Assembly: GCF_001949145.1 (NCBI RefSeq)
Contig: NW_019091356.1
Span: forward strand, 4,012,934 to 4,076,933
Source: Acanthaster planci
Taxonomy: Eukaryota
Direction of reading: 5' to 3'
DNA: 64,000 nt
This document shows positions 38,801 through 50,986 of the stretch, piece by piece. Positions within the stretch are counted from its first letter, which is position 1. Every line of letters begins with the position of its first letter. Made by a program: the position numbers and the translations under genes. The notes beneath the pieces were generated by a model. It saw nothing but the letters and a program-made list of their open reading frames with translations. It had not been told where the DNA came from and made no database searches.

Positions 38801-41800
38801 AAACGACCCGCGAGGTGACGTAACTGAGGATGTCCTACCGAGGACACAGCTTGATGCGGACCTGGTAGAAATAACCCATTCATACCTCACTAAATTTATG
38901 TGTTATGCTAGGTTGGTGTGTGTCGGTGGTGAGGAAACGACCAGGGAGGTGATACACGGTCTGCTAGAAAGGACTCAGCTTGATGCGGACCTGGTAGAAA
39001 TCACTCCTGATACCAACCTTACTAAGTGTGAGATTCCGCTGGGCATCATTCCAGTCGGTGAGTGGGCTTTCGGATTTGAGATCTGCCCATATGTTTAACT
39101 CTCTATAGCTCGTTTCTTCTGCATGCGTGGCTGTGAGAAATTATGAAAGCTTGAACGTCTGCTTTAACCAAGCATTTCAAAACACAGCCCAGGATTCAAT
39201 TACTCGTTGTTGACACAGTAGACCGTCTACCGCTGTATTTAATTAACAAGCCATCTGCTTAAAATGTGTCCTTTACCCCCAGGTTTGTTCAACCTCGTTG
39301 CTCATTCTTCCCAGGGGACCAGCGATCCCTTCACAGCGGCAATACACATAATTCTGGGTAAATACACATTTTTAGACGGTCTCAGTTGACGATGGTTTCT
39401 TCAGCATTGCATAATATTCGCATAATCAGTACACAGGGCCTTTATTATGACAGCCTACAGTCAAAAGTGTTCACTCTGAGGATCCCATTTACGCATTGGG
39501 TAGGCGAGAACAGGAGTGAATACCAGTGAATTAGTGAGTGCACTTGGAGTGAAAGTCCTTTCAACGCACGTTATTATTGTTATTATTATTATATATTTCT
39601 GGTAATGACACCAAGGATTCCTCAAAAGCGCCCTAGGCACTGCAGCTCGCAAGCCTGAAGAAACCTGTAGAGAGGAGACAATGAGAAGCAGTTACAGGTT
39701 TTGAGGTGGTAGGAAAACCCAAAGGAACATTCTGCGTAAAACCCACGGAATCAGGTAGGGATTGAAAACCCAATCCACATGTGGACGGGCCGGGATTTGA
39801 ACCTGGGCCGAAGAGGTGGAAGGCGAGGAAAGAACCACTACACCACCCTGAATCCCTGATACAAAACGGGGATGAAGTTTTCAAACAGACCTGGCAGTAA
39901 TAGAGGGCTTGTGATAACTTTATCACATGGCTGATTTTACTACGCTTTTGGTTCGTCCAGGTCACCTACATCCACTGGATGTCTCAGCGATCTTCCACAA
40001 CAAGGAGTTCATCCGGTTCGGCTTCTCCATGATGTACGGTTTCGCTGGGGACTGTCTCCGGAGGGCGGAGCAAAGAGCCAAGGGCGTTATCAATGCAAGA
40101 GGGCTGGACTACGCTGTCGCCAAGTCGGTCTTCAAAGTTAGGTAGTTCTTCAGGTTTTTTGACAGTGTATAGTGTGTGTTTTGAATCCTTAAATAATTTT
40201 GATATGTTGCGTTACAGCGGCATGAGAATGTTCCTATCTGCCTTGACAGAAATACAAGGAATTGATTTTCAGCAATAGCCAAACTTTCACGGCGGTCTGA
40301 GACAACGTGTGTGAGATTCAAGTATTTGGCAAGCAATTATTGAAACTGTTCTGTCTTCATTTTTACAACAGAACTTACCGCTGTGCGGTTGAATATCTTC
40401 CCTGCGAGTCAAACGGGGTTTTCAGTGAGAGGTCACCTTGCAGAACGGGGTAAGAAGGAACTCTCCCTGACGAGAGTCGGGCTTAGAACGGCCCAAGGCA
40501 CAGGTTGCATGTAACACGTGCCAGAAACTTTACTACAGATACCGTAATATCAGCACCATCATAATGCAACACATGATTTCTCGTGAAGAAGAAGCGATGG
40601 CAACATTGGAAAGAAATCAGCTCTAGGTAGTAATCAAATTAGATTACAGAATTTGTCGAGGCCATTAAGTGTCGGGTGTTTGGCTGACTGACCCTCAGGT
40701 GTGAGAGGTGCAAGGTGAAACACCCTAGCAACGGAGAGGCAGACAGGGAAGTCTCCTGGCCACTTACGGCAGGACAACGTGCTGATGACATGGCTAGTGG
40801 CTGTGACAACGACACGGGCCACGACAGAAATGGCCAAGTCAACAGAGGGTGTCAAGACATCGAAACGTCTCCCATCAGAACAAAAGGTTTTTCTGAAAAC
40901 AAGTCATTTTTGAAAGAATATGGATAGTAAAAACAAAGAAATTTAAGACAAATTTAGTTTCAAGTTATAAAGACACATAAATAAGTTGGTGTCAGCCTAT
41001 TCAAAACAAGAGCATCACTGCAAAAACTGTGTTTAGCCAGTAAACACTTTTCTAAACATTTTTTGGCTATCAGTTTGTAAACATGTTTAAACGCTAAGCA
41101 TGTTTAGAATTTTAATGGATTGTATGCACTGGACATTGATGTTAAGGACTTGAACACTAAATATTTAGTAGCCAAACATTTTTGCAAAGTGAAAGCAAAA
41201 TTGTGTTTAAAAGATAAACCCACTTTTTAGAGTAATGAAGAAGCAACGTAGTAACCTCAAAATGGTTTTGTGTGATTGAAATGCCTTCCACGGAACACGC
41301 AACAGTAAATGAAAAATCCTAGTTGAAGCTCACTTTGAAAAACGCATGGAAATGATTTTCACTTTTTCGGTCTGAAAACACCAACACTGTCTATGTCCTG
41401 ATCCTTTCCATCGAGGGGAACACCAGTACGGAAACTACGGTACACATATAAAACTCTTAACTAAGTTTCGTCTTGTTTTAACTCTGTGGTTGCATTTCGC
41501 CTTAGCAGCAGATGGAACCGACAAGACTCAAGAGTGGATAAGCGTCAAAGGCGACTTCGTTAGCGTCGGCGCAATGACCCTACCCAACCTTTGCAACTGG
41601 TGCCCCGGTGGCATTTCACCTCTGACCCACCTAGCCGACGGCTGCCTGGATCTGGTGCTCGTGCGGGGCACGACCAGAGGAGAGTTCGTGCAACATCTTA
41701 GACGCCATGCCAGTGACAAAAATCAGGTGAAGTAAAAAATCAAATATAGAGGGCGCGCGGCAAAATACTAACATGTTCACTGTGTATCCAGCCCAGTAGA

Positions 41801-42567
41801 TACAGAAACAAACTTAGCCAACTGACAGTCTTAAGAAGCTCAATAAACTTAACCGGCATATTTACCAGAGATCATGAAGGTAAATTTATATCTCCATGCT
41901 GGGATGTACTCACGAAACGAAGTTTTGACGTCATTACACAATGTCAATAATTTTGTTTTTTTTTCTTGAACATCTGCGTAGCAGAAGAGCCAAGGCTTCC
42001 TTGTTTGAAATTCTAAGCTCTTGGAGATATATTTCTTAATTGATGTTTACTTCTGGTTTGTTGGAAAGTTCGACTTTCCCTTCGTATCCGTACATCGGGC
42101 GAGGGCAGTCAGGTTCCATCCCCTCGGAGCGAACGACAAACCGTGCACAACAATTTTCGACAAGGGCCAGGGCGAAGGGGACACGACCTGTGGTGAGGAG
42201 GCCTCTCTCGAAGACGACAACGGGGGCGCTGTGCCTAGGACAGGCAAAGAGTTCTCGATGTGGAACGTTGATATGGAGCTCATGGCCTCGGTTCCCATGG
42301 AGATCAGGTAGGACGGAAGTTCGACAAACTATTTCAGATGAGCCCAAACCGACACGACTGTACAAATGAAACAATTGTTCCGTTAATCTATGGGGTGGTG
42401 TGCTATTTCAACTTGCCATGGTCACCTCTCCGTGAACTGCGTCCACCAACATTAATTCCCTTCGTCTTGCTTGCTCCTTTCTTAGGGTACATAAACAGCT
42501 TCTGACAGTTTTCGCATCTGGTATCCAAGACACAGACCACTCAGCCCGGAGCTGTAGATGCCTCTGA
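23807..42567 (+). CDS. CERKL: Ceramide kinase-like protein (PH-like N-terminus plus DAGK/sphingosine-kinase fold), about 618 aa, 12 exons
   Basis: Exons 23807-24023, 26413-26646, 36974-37105, 38340-38403, 38912-39057, 39283-39357, 39961-40141, 40372-40449, 40699-40886, 41506-41726, 42069-42307, 42486-42567 splice in frame (1857 nt). Motifs LRGIFDIKSKHYDVVLE, RPRKLRAFVN, DYDGLVCVGG, PLGIIPVG, TAAIHIILGH, RFGFSMMYGF, EFVQHLRRHASDKNQFDFPFV and WNVD match the CERK/CERKL family; the N-terminus and GFSMMYGF segment resemble CERKL more than CERK as I recall them. Confidence 0.88.
27020..27380. repeat. (CCCAA)n-type microsatellite spanning an assembly gap (N at 27069-27315)
   Basis: Degenerate AACCC units on both sides of a 247-N run in CERKL intron 2. 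Confidence 0.9.
33858..34009. mobile_element. 152-bp MITE with perfect 17-bp TIRs (TATAGAGTACCGAAGTG)
   Basis: TATAGAGTACCGAAGTG at 33858 and CACTTCGGTACTCTATA ending at 34009, with further imperfect pairing (ACGTCAC/GTGACGT). Confidence 0.7.
38786..38876 (+). pseudogene. Decayed tandem duplicate (pseudo-exon) of CERKL exon 5
   Basis: 38841-38872 matches exonic 38970-39001 at 31 of 32 nt; 38800-38819 resembles 38934-38953; the copy has an in-frame TAA. Confidence 0.65.
39571..39856 (-). mobile_element. tRNA-derived SINE in CERKL intron 6
   Basis: Minus strand begins GGGATTCAGGGTGGTGTAGTGG (A box) ... GGTTCAAATCCCGG (B box), continues through a GGGTTTT...GGTTTTCCTACCAC core, and ends in an (AAT)n tail. 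No tRNA 3' acceptor stem. Confidence 0.8.
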
Positions 42568-45500
42568 CGTACGTCATCCAGTCACCATGGCAACTGCCTA
42601 GAACAAAAGCCTCACGGTCCCTCCAAATCAGACATGAACTGACTCGTTAGTAACGCTAACTATCACGTTGAGGAAAGATACAGTCACTCTGAACAACCTG
42701 TGTTAGTTCAACAAGATAAAAGACGGCGTTACAAAACACTGATGGTTGCGTACAAAGCAACACTCACGTCTTGACAGCTGCGCGCATGTCCACCTACTTC
42801 TTGCCATTTGATTTAGTACCGGCTTGTCATAACCAGCTCGTCCCCCTTTCAAATTGGAATCTCCGCGGAGAGTGATGTGATTTTTATATTTGAAAAGCCC
42901 TCAATGTCTTCGAATGCATCTACTGACGTTGCTAGGCAACGCACAGAGGTAGCTGAGTGAAAAGTTATTATATAGCCACGTGATATTTAGGGCCCGGGTT
43001 TTGGCACTGTGCCAAATTCTCGTTCAGCATTACAGTGATTCAAGCGGATGCGACATATAGGATCATATTCGGCGTAGCACCTGTGACCTTGACCATGGAG
43101 TTGACTCGACAATAAGACCTTATCACAATGATCCATCTAGCTGACGGACCGTTCTGGAATGGGCAGACTTTCAAAGTTGCGTTTATGAGATCTAAGCATC
43201 GATCTCAATCTGATGACACTGCAGCTTGTAAATCTGTTTCTCGAGGAGTGCATTGCCCGGCATTTAATCATGATACATGCCTGCTGTTCAGGTGGTACCG
43301 AGGTATCGACTGATACAAAAGTTGTTCAGTGGGGTAAAGCTTTATCGATGTATTCATTTGCGTGTACGAGTTTTGGACGTTAGATGTTAAAGGAAAAACT
43401 CGACTTTTCTTGAATCCGTTCACATCAAAATCTGACCATACCGTTTTGTTACCAACAGGAACATGATCAATGGCTGGAGCTTACTATGTTGCACATTTTC
43501 TGACTGTTTTGTCCAGTTTTACGACTTGCGCTTCCAAACTTTTGATAAATCTGTTAATTTAACTGCCCAGAGAGTGCACACTAGTAACTGTAACCTTTGG
43601 GAAACAACCGAGGAGTGAACGATTTCATTTTAGGTGCGCTGTCAGAGTGATTTCATAGTCCTTGGTAAATGAGATTAAGTAAAGGAAAGCACGTAACTGA
43701 AATCTACAAATAAAATTTTCTCAAATTAAAAACAACGTCGGTGCCCTTTTTGAGTTTAAATTCTTCCTTTCGATTCTGCAAAAGGCTTTAATATACGGCA
43801 ACTCGTCTTAACTCCGACGACGAAAGATGGGGAAGTACGCCCTCTTAAGGCGCTATACTTCTAAATTGCGGTACATCTTTAAGAGCGCCATTGAAGAGAA
43901 GTTTACTGTGACTTGTATGCCATCGATTTCTTTTCTGGAAATCAATTTGTGGCGCATATACAGAACTTACTATGATGGCCTATGATGTTCAGTTGGAAAC
44001 TTATTTAGTTTCCAACTATTTTAGTTTCCTCTTAAAACTGTTTAGTTTCCAACAATGTTGCAATGTAATACAGGGATATAAATACAATCGCTGTGCATAA
44101 ATATAATATATCCGCAGACAATGCCAGGAAACGAGTGAACGAGGTTAGCATCCGTTTGTAATTGGTTTGCCGCCACGGGAAATCATACTGCTACCAAACT
44201 TTAATAGCAATCAGATAGAGGTCTATCTCTTGGTGACCATTTTGTAAAAGCAAACCCCACTGTACGTGCGGTGTTCGGGTGTCTCTTGTACAACTGTTTT
44301 TGTATACATTTTTTGTTTTATCTAAGTTGGGGAGCCAAAAGGAAGCGATGGTGGTTCCTCCGCTCTCCCATCGCCTTTCCTCCACGCTATTTGGTCAGAG
44401 GTTCTCAGAACTGTTTTGCCGTTATAGCTTCTTTAAATTTGACACCCGGATGCGATTTGAGAGGTGACTCACCTGTCGGCATCATGGCTGTATGGATTCA
44501 AGTAGGCCTATCAATGACGCACCGTCAAAACAACAACATGACATTTCTGGAGTGATCCCCGCAAATATGGTCAGCAATCACGAAACACAGTGAGCTACAT
44601 CCCTCCTCAAACCGGAGAAGGCAAAACTTGTTTCCCTGCTTGTTCGTATTTTTGTGAATTTCTTCAAGAACAACACTGTTTTGCAGAAAATGTTCTCGGG
44701 TGGCAAAAGCGAAATGAACGCAAACTGGAGTACATGGAACAACATTCATAAATATCTCAGACACTTTTTCTATTCCTATGCCTATGGTCGAAACGTGTCA
44801 CGTGACCGTGTATTAGCATTTGATAATGCCCGCTGAGAAGTGATAACGCTGCGTAAATCACGTGCTGGCACATGGATACGAGCACTGATCTCCATCATAA
44901 AGACTTGGTAGGACATCGCGCATTGTTTGTCTTTATAATGGAGATCAATGGATACGAGACGGTTTAATCGGGTCTAATGGGAGACTTCGCGAAGCTTGGT
45001 GGCGACAAACATACTGGTCTTTTTTACCAGTTCTGAGCATGCGCGCGGTGTTTTGAGCATGCGTGCATAGTCCTAGGCGCGCGAAATATCTTGAAAAGGA
45101 CAGGTATGTCTGCTGCCACCAGCGTCTCAAAGTCTCCCAGTTAGGAGTCTGTGTGCACGCGACGCGCCACGCTCGCGCCAAATTCATTGAAGGGGATTCT
45201 ATTGGACAACTTTCAAAAGGTCCTATACCATAAAATGGACAGGGGTGTTCGGGAAAAAGAAAGTTAAGTTTTAGAATAAAATCGTGGGAAATCCATCATA
45301 TGTTGACCTCTATTGACTCTCCAAATAATAAGGTATTCATGAATGGGAATAAATATGTGCTTGGCCGGTCTTTTTAAACTAACGTTTAAGACCTTGTTCA
45401 GGAGAACGAACGCTGAAAATACCTTCGCCTGCGACTCGGGCATTAGTCGCGTCCGTTCTCCTGAGCAGCATAGACATAACTTTTCCCTAAGTAATGTTTC

Positions 45501-48500
45501 AAAGTGAAGACAAGGGTTACAAATGTCTGCAAATCTGGGAGGACTTCTACAGACCTCTACATATTTGCGCCCCTGATCAGTGCATGCAGCTGAATCGAGG
45601 TGTAAACTACGGTCAGTCCATCGTTTGCATGGTACACACTCCCTCGTGTGGTTTGGACCGGATTTTGCCGTAAACAAACCGCGGAAACGACCTACAACGT
45701 GAACTCTGGGTGTGATACTCAACGCGTGCCAAAAAACATGAGAGAATTATTAAAATGCGACATGAAACTGAAGGAAATGGTTGAAAACGAAAACGACATT
45801 TCGGTTACCGACATAGCATTCACAACCGGTGGAAGGGAAATCTTCCATTAAAGGCAGAGCGCAGGTAAGTTCTGGCTATGCCTTTGACATCTCTCGCAAC
45901 GTGAATCTATCGATCAGTTTATCCCGTTTAAAATGTCCGGAGTTTTCGTTACGAAATTGACGGTACCGTGGGAGAACACTGACATGATTCATTACAATGT
46001 ATAGGCCTAAGAACAGGAAATTTATTTATTAACTTTTACACAGGCTCCATTTCCTTCTTGTGTGCTTGATTTTGTAGCTTCCTGATTGAACCGCTCTGAA
46101 ATATGCACAAAACGGACTAAAAAATTTTCTCATTCAAAATTCGGTTAAATTCCCTCCGCCAACATTTCCTAGACTGACTGACAACATAAAATACATAATA
46201 TATACCGATCCAAACAACTTGAATATTTCTTAACAGGTCTGGGTTGTGAACATAATAATGCCTGTGCAGTTGCAAGAAACCCGACTTGGCTGCGACTTGA
46301 AATTACACAGGACTCTATAGCAACTGGCGGCACTCCCACTACCATTGGCTGTGTGTAATTTTGAGCCGCAGCCAAGCAATTTGGACACAGTTTCGACTTG
46401 GCACATTATGTTTGTAAATCTATTCAAACGACGGTCAATAGCGCATCGCGACACTCATGCCAGTCTGGTCCAAATTCTGTCAAACTTTGTACCCTTTTTT
46501 CATTTTAATAGTGAACTCCTTTAAACGGCAAAATACGAGACATAAGAGGTCAAGTACACTGAATACATGTGGGTGACTATTAGCGAAGCTTCCTTTCAGA
46601 TGTGTGACATGAGTGGGTGTAGAATTTCAAAGAAGGTCTGAAGTTACAGTCGTAGGACGAGCCGATGCGGTAAAAACTCGTTTAGAGTACGTCAAAAATT
46701 CGGTGGTAAATCATGTCCCAAAGATGTCATTTTAAAAGTCAACATCTACTAGTGCTGGGAAAAATGCCCCCATCTTTTCTTCTGTTCTCAGAAAAGCCTT
46801 AGGAATGCAGTATTTCAGGAAGTTACTTCATGTACAGTGTAGTCAAGGACACGGTTAACATAAGCAATGAACCTGTTTCGGAGAAGTCATGATTCATCGT
46901 TTGAAACCAACAGTCATTCGCTTACTGATGTTTTGGTATAAAACATTAGCGTTCCTATCAATAATAAGAAAAGGCAGATTTCAGAGTTTATTCGGAGTGC
47001 TCATGGCCGGAGCAAATTGTGCCCTAAAGCAACCTAGAGAAAAAAAATCACACGTAGAGGAAATAAAAACAACGTACATGCCGAACGTAAAAACAAAACA
47101 CTGAGAGTTGTCAAGTTGGCTTTACCGGACAGTTCGTGCTTCAGTGCTCAGGCTCAGACAGTCTCACGTATTCACTGAAACTACTTTCGAAGTTCATTAA
47201 GATCTTGATTGACACACGGTTAAAACACAACACAAACCAAAGTCGCAGTACTTCTTGCTGTTCACGGTGGCTCAAAGGCCAAGGTTGTTGCATATTTAAA
47301 TATTAGCTTTTGTATATGGTGTAAAAGGCATGTTATATCGCATCCGTTTGCCACGTGGAAGCTATGAAAGAATATATACTGCTCGACATGTGGTCAACGC
47401 CAGAGTCAGCGCATTAACATGGTCGATGCCAGGACACATACAAGAGCATGAAGATTTTTATTGAAAAAGAAATACGAGGCCAAACGAGGCACGGGTCACA
47501 TTCTGTGAGTTCTTCTGTCTGTCAATTGTTCATGCCGTTGACCTGCCTTGCGCCACAAGTAAAACCACCCAAGAGGCTCCGAACTTGCAGCGAGCACGCA
47601 GACACTGCCCACCGGGTGAGAATGCGCAACTAACGGGGGAAGTAATGAAGGCCGACGGGTCTCAGTCAGTGACAATGACCACCTTGTTTCTGTGCCCTGA
47701 TCATCGCACATGCTGCTTTTCGTAGAAAAATACCACTTAGGGTGACTCTAAACACATTGGTAAATAACGTCCATACATATCAACTAAGATTGCAATACAA
47801 CGCACATGACTCAAACTTGGCCAAATATTTGACCAATCACCACTCGGCCACATTTGAGAGAATTGTCTGGGCCATACGTGACTGGAAGAATATTTTAGAA
47901 TATCAAAGAATGCTTCAATCAGCCAAGCCATAAATGCATGGAACTAAAACACCTGCTTAGAAAAAAAAACAATGGTTTAATCACTAACCATCTGTGATGA
48001 GAATCATATTCTGTCCCTCCAGATTTAGGACAGACAAGTGTATAAACAGTTATGCTGCGCTGGTGTGTGGTTTGCAAACAGCAACTGGCAAAAGGATTCG
48101 TGAGTTACTACGTCACTATATTGCATTACAATACTACATAATACTTGCGTTTGAAAACATGAACTAACTGTTCACCAAATCTTTGGAGATTTGGCGTGAT
48201 ATTATTAGTATATGATGCATCACTAGCTTCCTGAAATTATGGAAATACTGAGTAAAAACGTAGGAGCCCCGTCTTTTCTGCGTCGTGTGTTGTAATTGTG
48301 CAAGCCTCATACACCTGACACAGAAATGATCCGCGTAAAAAATGGAGGTCTCTGACATCTCGAGAAATTTGGCATCGGTATAAGTCAGCGGGGGGGCTCA
48401 GTCTATTATTAGATGAGGGTTCAGACAAGTTGAATTTTGCCTCTAGCAAATTCTCCTCACATGACGAACTCGATCCGAGTACAAACACAAAATACTATCG

Positions 48501-50986
48501 CGGGTGAACAATAACCCGTGGACCCAAACCAATATGGACACAAATAAAATCAACAGACAGACAGAAAGGTGATAAATTCAGATGACGTCACAATAGAAGG
48601 TCCTCCACGGCCGGCAACAAGCGCTGTTGCAAGAGATCTGTACCGTGATATTATGGGATTATCCAGGAGGTCAAATAACTGATATGCACGCACGCGTTCT
48701 GTACTCCTGCACCATGGAGCTACACACTGACAGGTTGATGTGATCATTATGGAATGTCCCAAGTTACAGAAAACTTATACAGTTTACACGCAGAGATTCC
48801 CGTTGTACCAGCTACACACGTACAAAAAATGTCCCAATGACAACTGTCCAAAATTTGACGTTGTGCAAGAGTCCGTGATTTGATGACCAGAATTAGATCT
48901 GTCAGAGGCTGTAGACACAGGTAAGTAAGGGGAAGTTTAGGTGTAAAATGTGTCAAATTGTAACTTTACAGTGTACTGGACTGGCTAGTGATACCATGGT
49001 AAGTAGTAGTATATTGCATAAGACGAACGAATTTAGCGACGTAAGAGAAAACAACTTTTTGAGGGAGGTCATCGATGTCATGAGCAGATTCGACATACAA
49101 TGAGGTGGACTGTGGCAGCATAGTCATCTTCCTAAGCAATAATCGATGAGCCACATTCCTCGTCTGACTGAAGGCCAACCTTTTCAATGGCACTGAGGCG
49201 TGGCAGTGCACTATTGACGAGTCAACACGGGCACCCCCGCGTCACCACCAGCCCGTCACAGCAAACCCGGAAGGGGACTTAGGTGGTCAGGAAGAGGATA
49301 TGTAGGCCCACATTTTCAGTACTTGCTGATACTGTACACTGTATATGCAGACTTGTTGGTTTGTGAACGGGGAATACCACTACCGGGTCACCGTGTAAAG
49401 AGCCTAAAGATATTCCACAGTGTCATCCACCAGCTGCACGACGGACGGGCGATTGACTGCTTGCCTCCATGGAATGCTGGACTTTTTCACGGGGCTATTT
49501 TACACTGATATAACTAGGATACATATAAGGTAGGCTCATGTTCACTTACAGAGAGTTTTGTTTTGAACCAAAGTAATCTGGTTGGCAAATTACGTCACGT
49601 TACGTAGCCATCTCCATAATAATTCACGTTGTCATCACACATCATAGGCCTATTTTTCTGAGTCAAGTTGGCATGAGCTATACTTCCGCTGGTATGTCCG
49701 GATCCCCAAGATACTGGTTTCCTAATGCAGCTAAACAGTAAGAATTGTCCTAAAGATGTGATGACATGGTTGAGAAAATCTCGAACAGAATTTACTCCAA
49801 GATCACCTGCTCATCACGTATATATCGAGACTACCACCCGAGGTTCTAGGTGGGCGGTACTGTTTGCAGAGTCTGCGGGGAGAGAGTTAATTTGTTCTGG
49901 TCGCATGTCGATCGGAAGTTTAAAACACAACCACAGTCACAACTGACAAGAGTGAGCAATGGCCACAGAATTCCTTTTGTCAAAGATCAGCCCACTTGTA
50001 CCGCTTGTCACGCGACTTGTGACTGACCGGCGTGCTGTGCAGGCAAATCCCACGGATATATCCAGCAAGAAATGAGACCGAGGGATACCACCCCCCACTT
50101 GTCCAATCGCTATACACACTCTAGACTATTGTTATCTAACACCCCCCCCCCCGATGTCTGAAAAGAATTCCTCAGATTCCAGTGAAACAATGACCAGCAC
50201 AAAGCGGGGGTGGGGTGGGGTGGGGGAGCGATGTTCTTTTCGTCTCATATCTTGCTTCATATGCCCGTGGATGATGGTAATCTCGGCATTTGCTTAGATA
50301 ATGTAGGAACAATCTGAGTTGGTGTTGGCAAGTGCACTTAGTTTTCGCACAGTATGGGTCGTGACTTTATTTCTGTGTCGATCTTGTTGATGGCAGGAAA
50401 CTGCAAAATGTATTACTTATAGTGTAACCATGCAGGAATCGGCAGTCTTGGTAGTCGAGGGTTAAAACTGCAACATTATAGGTCATGGGGGGTTCGTGAC
50501 TAACTTCTGAATATCACTCTAGCTCTAGGACACTACTGAGTATCTCCTTTACGCACAAAATTTATGATTAAAGTGATGAAATTTAACAGCAAGAACAGTG
50601 CGTGAGTTCAGTATACATGTATATGTACATTATAGCAGGAAGCTATCGACAAGAATAGCTCTATGCTCACGGTACAATACTGTCTGTGTCACGTGTTCAT
50701 TGCCAGTGCCACTGTGATCTGCGTGCCACGAACGGTTTTCTAATCACTCTCTTTCTCTGTTATCAGGATCCAGCCGAAACTGAAATGATTGCAGCATGAT
50801 AGAGACCTTCGTGTGGTTCAGCATTGAGTAATAACTCGAACATCAATATCAGATAACTCGTCGTTTCGCCCAGGCCAAATTCTTGCAGTTGAAACTCTGT
50901 ACTTTTACCCGATATCCCTTTGGAAGAATCGAACACCACCCGGACCGTTAGCAAAACAAGACGATCTGCAAACAGATACAAAGAAC

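Noticed and set aside
39780..39856. tRNA gene
   Set aside because: A and B boxes are present but there is no closed cloverleaf, and the sequence continues into a SINE body and tail.
43000..50700. Additional gene between CERKL and the second integrin
   Set aside because: Only short ORFs without domains or a spliceable chain; likely UTR, regulatory DNA and decayed repeats.
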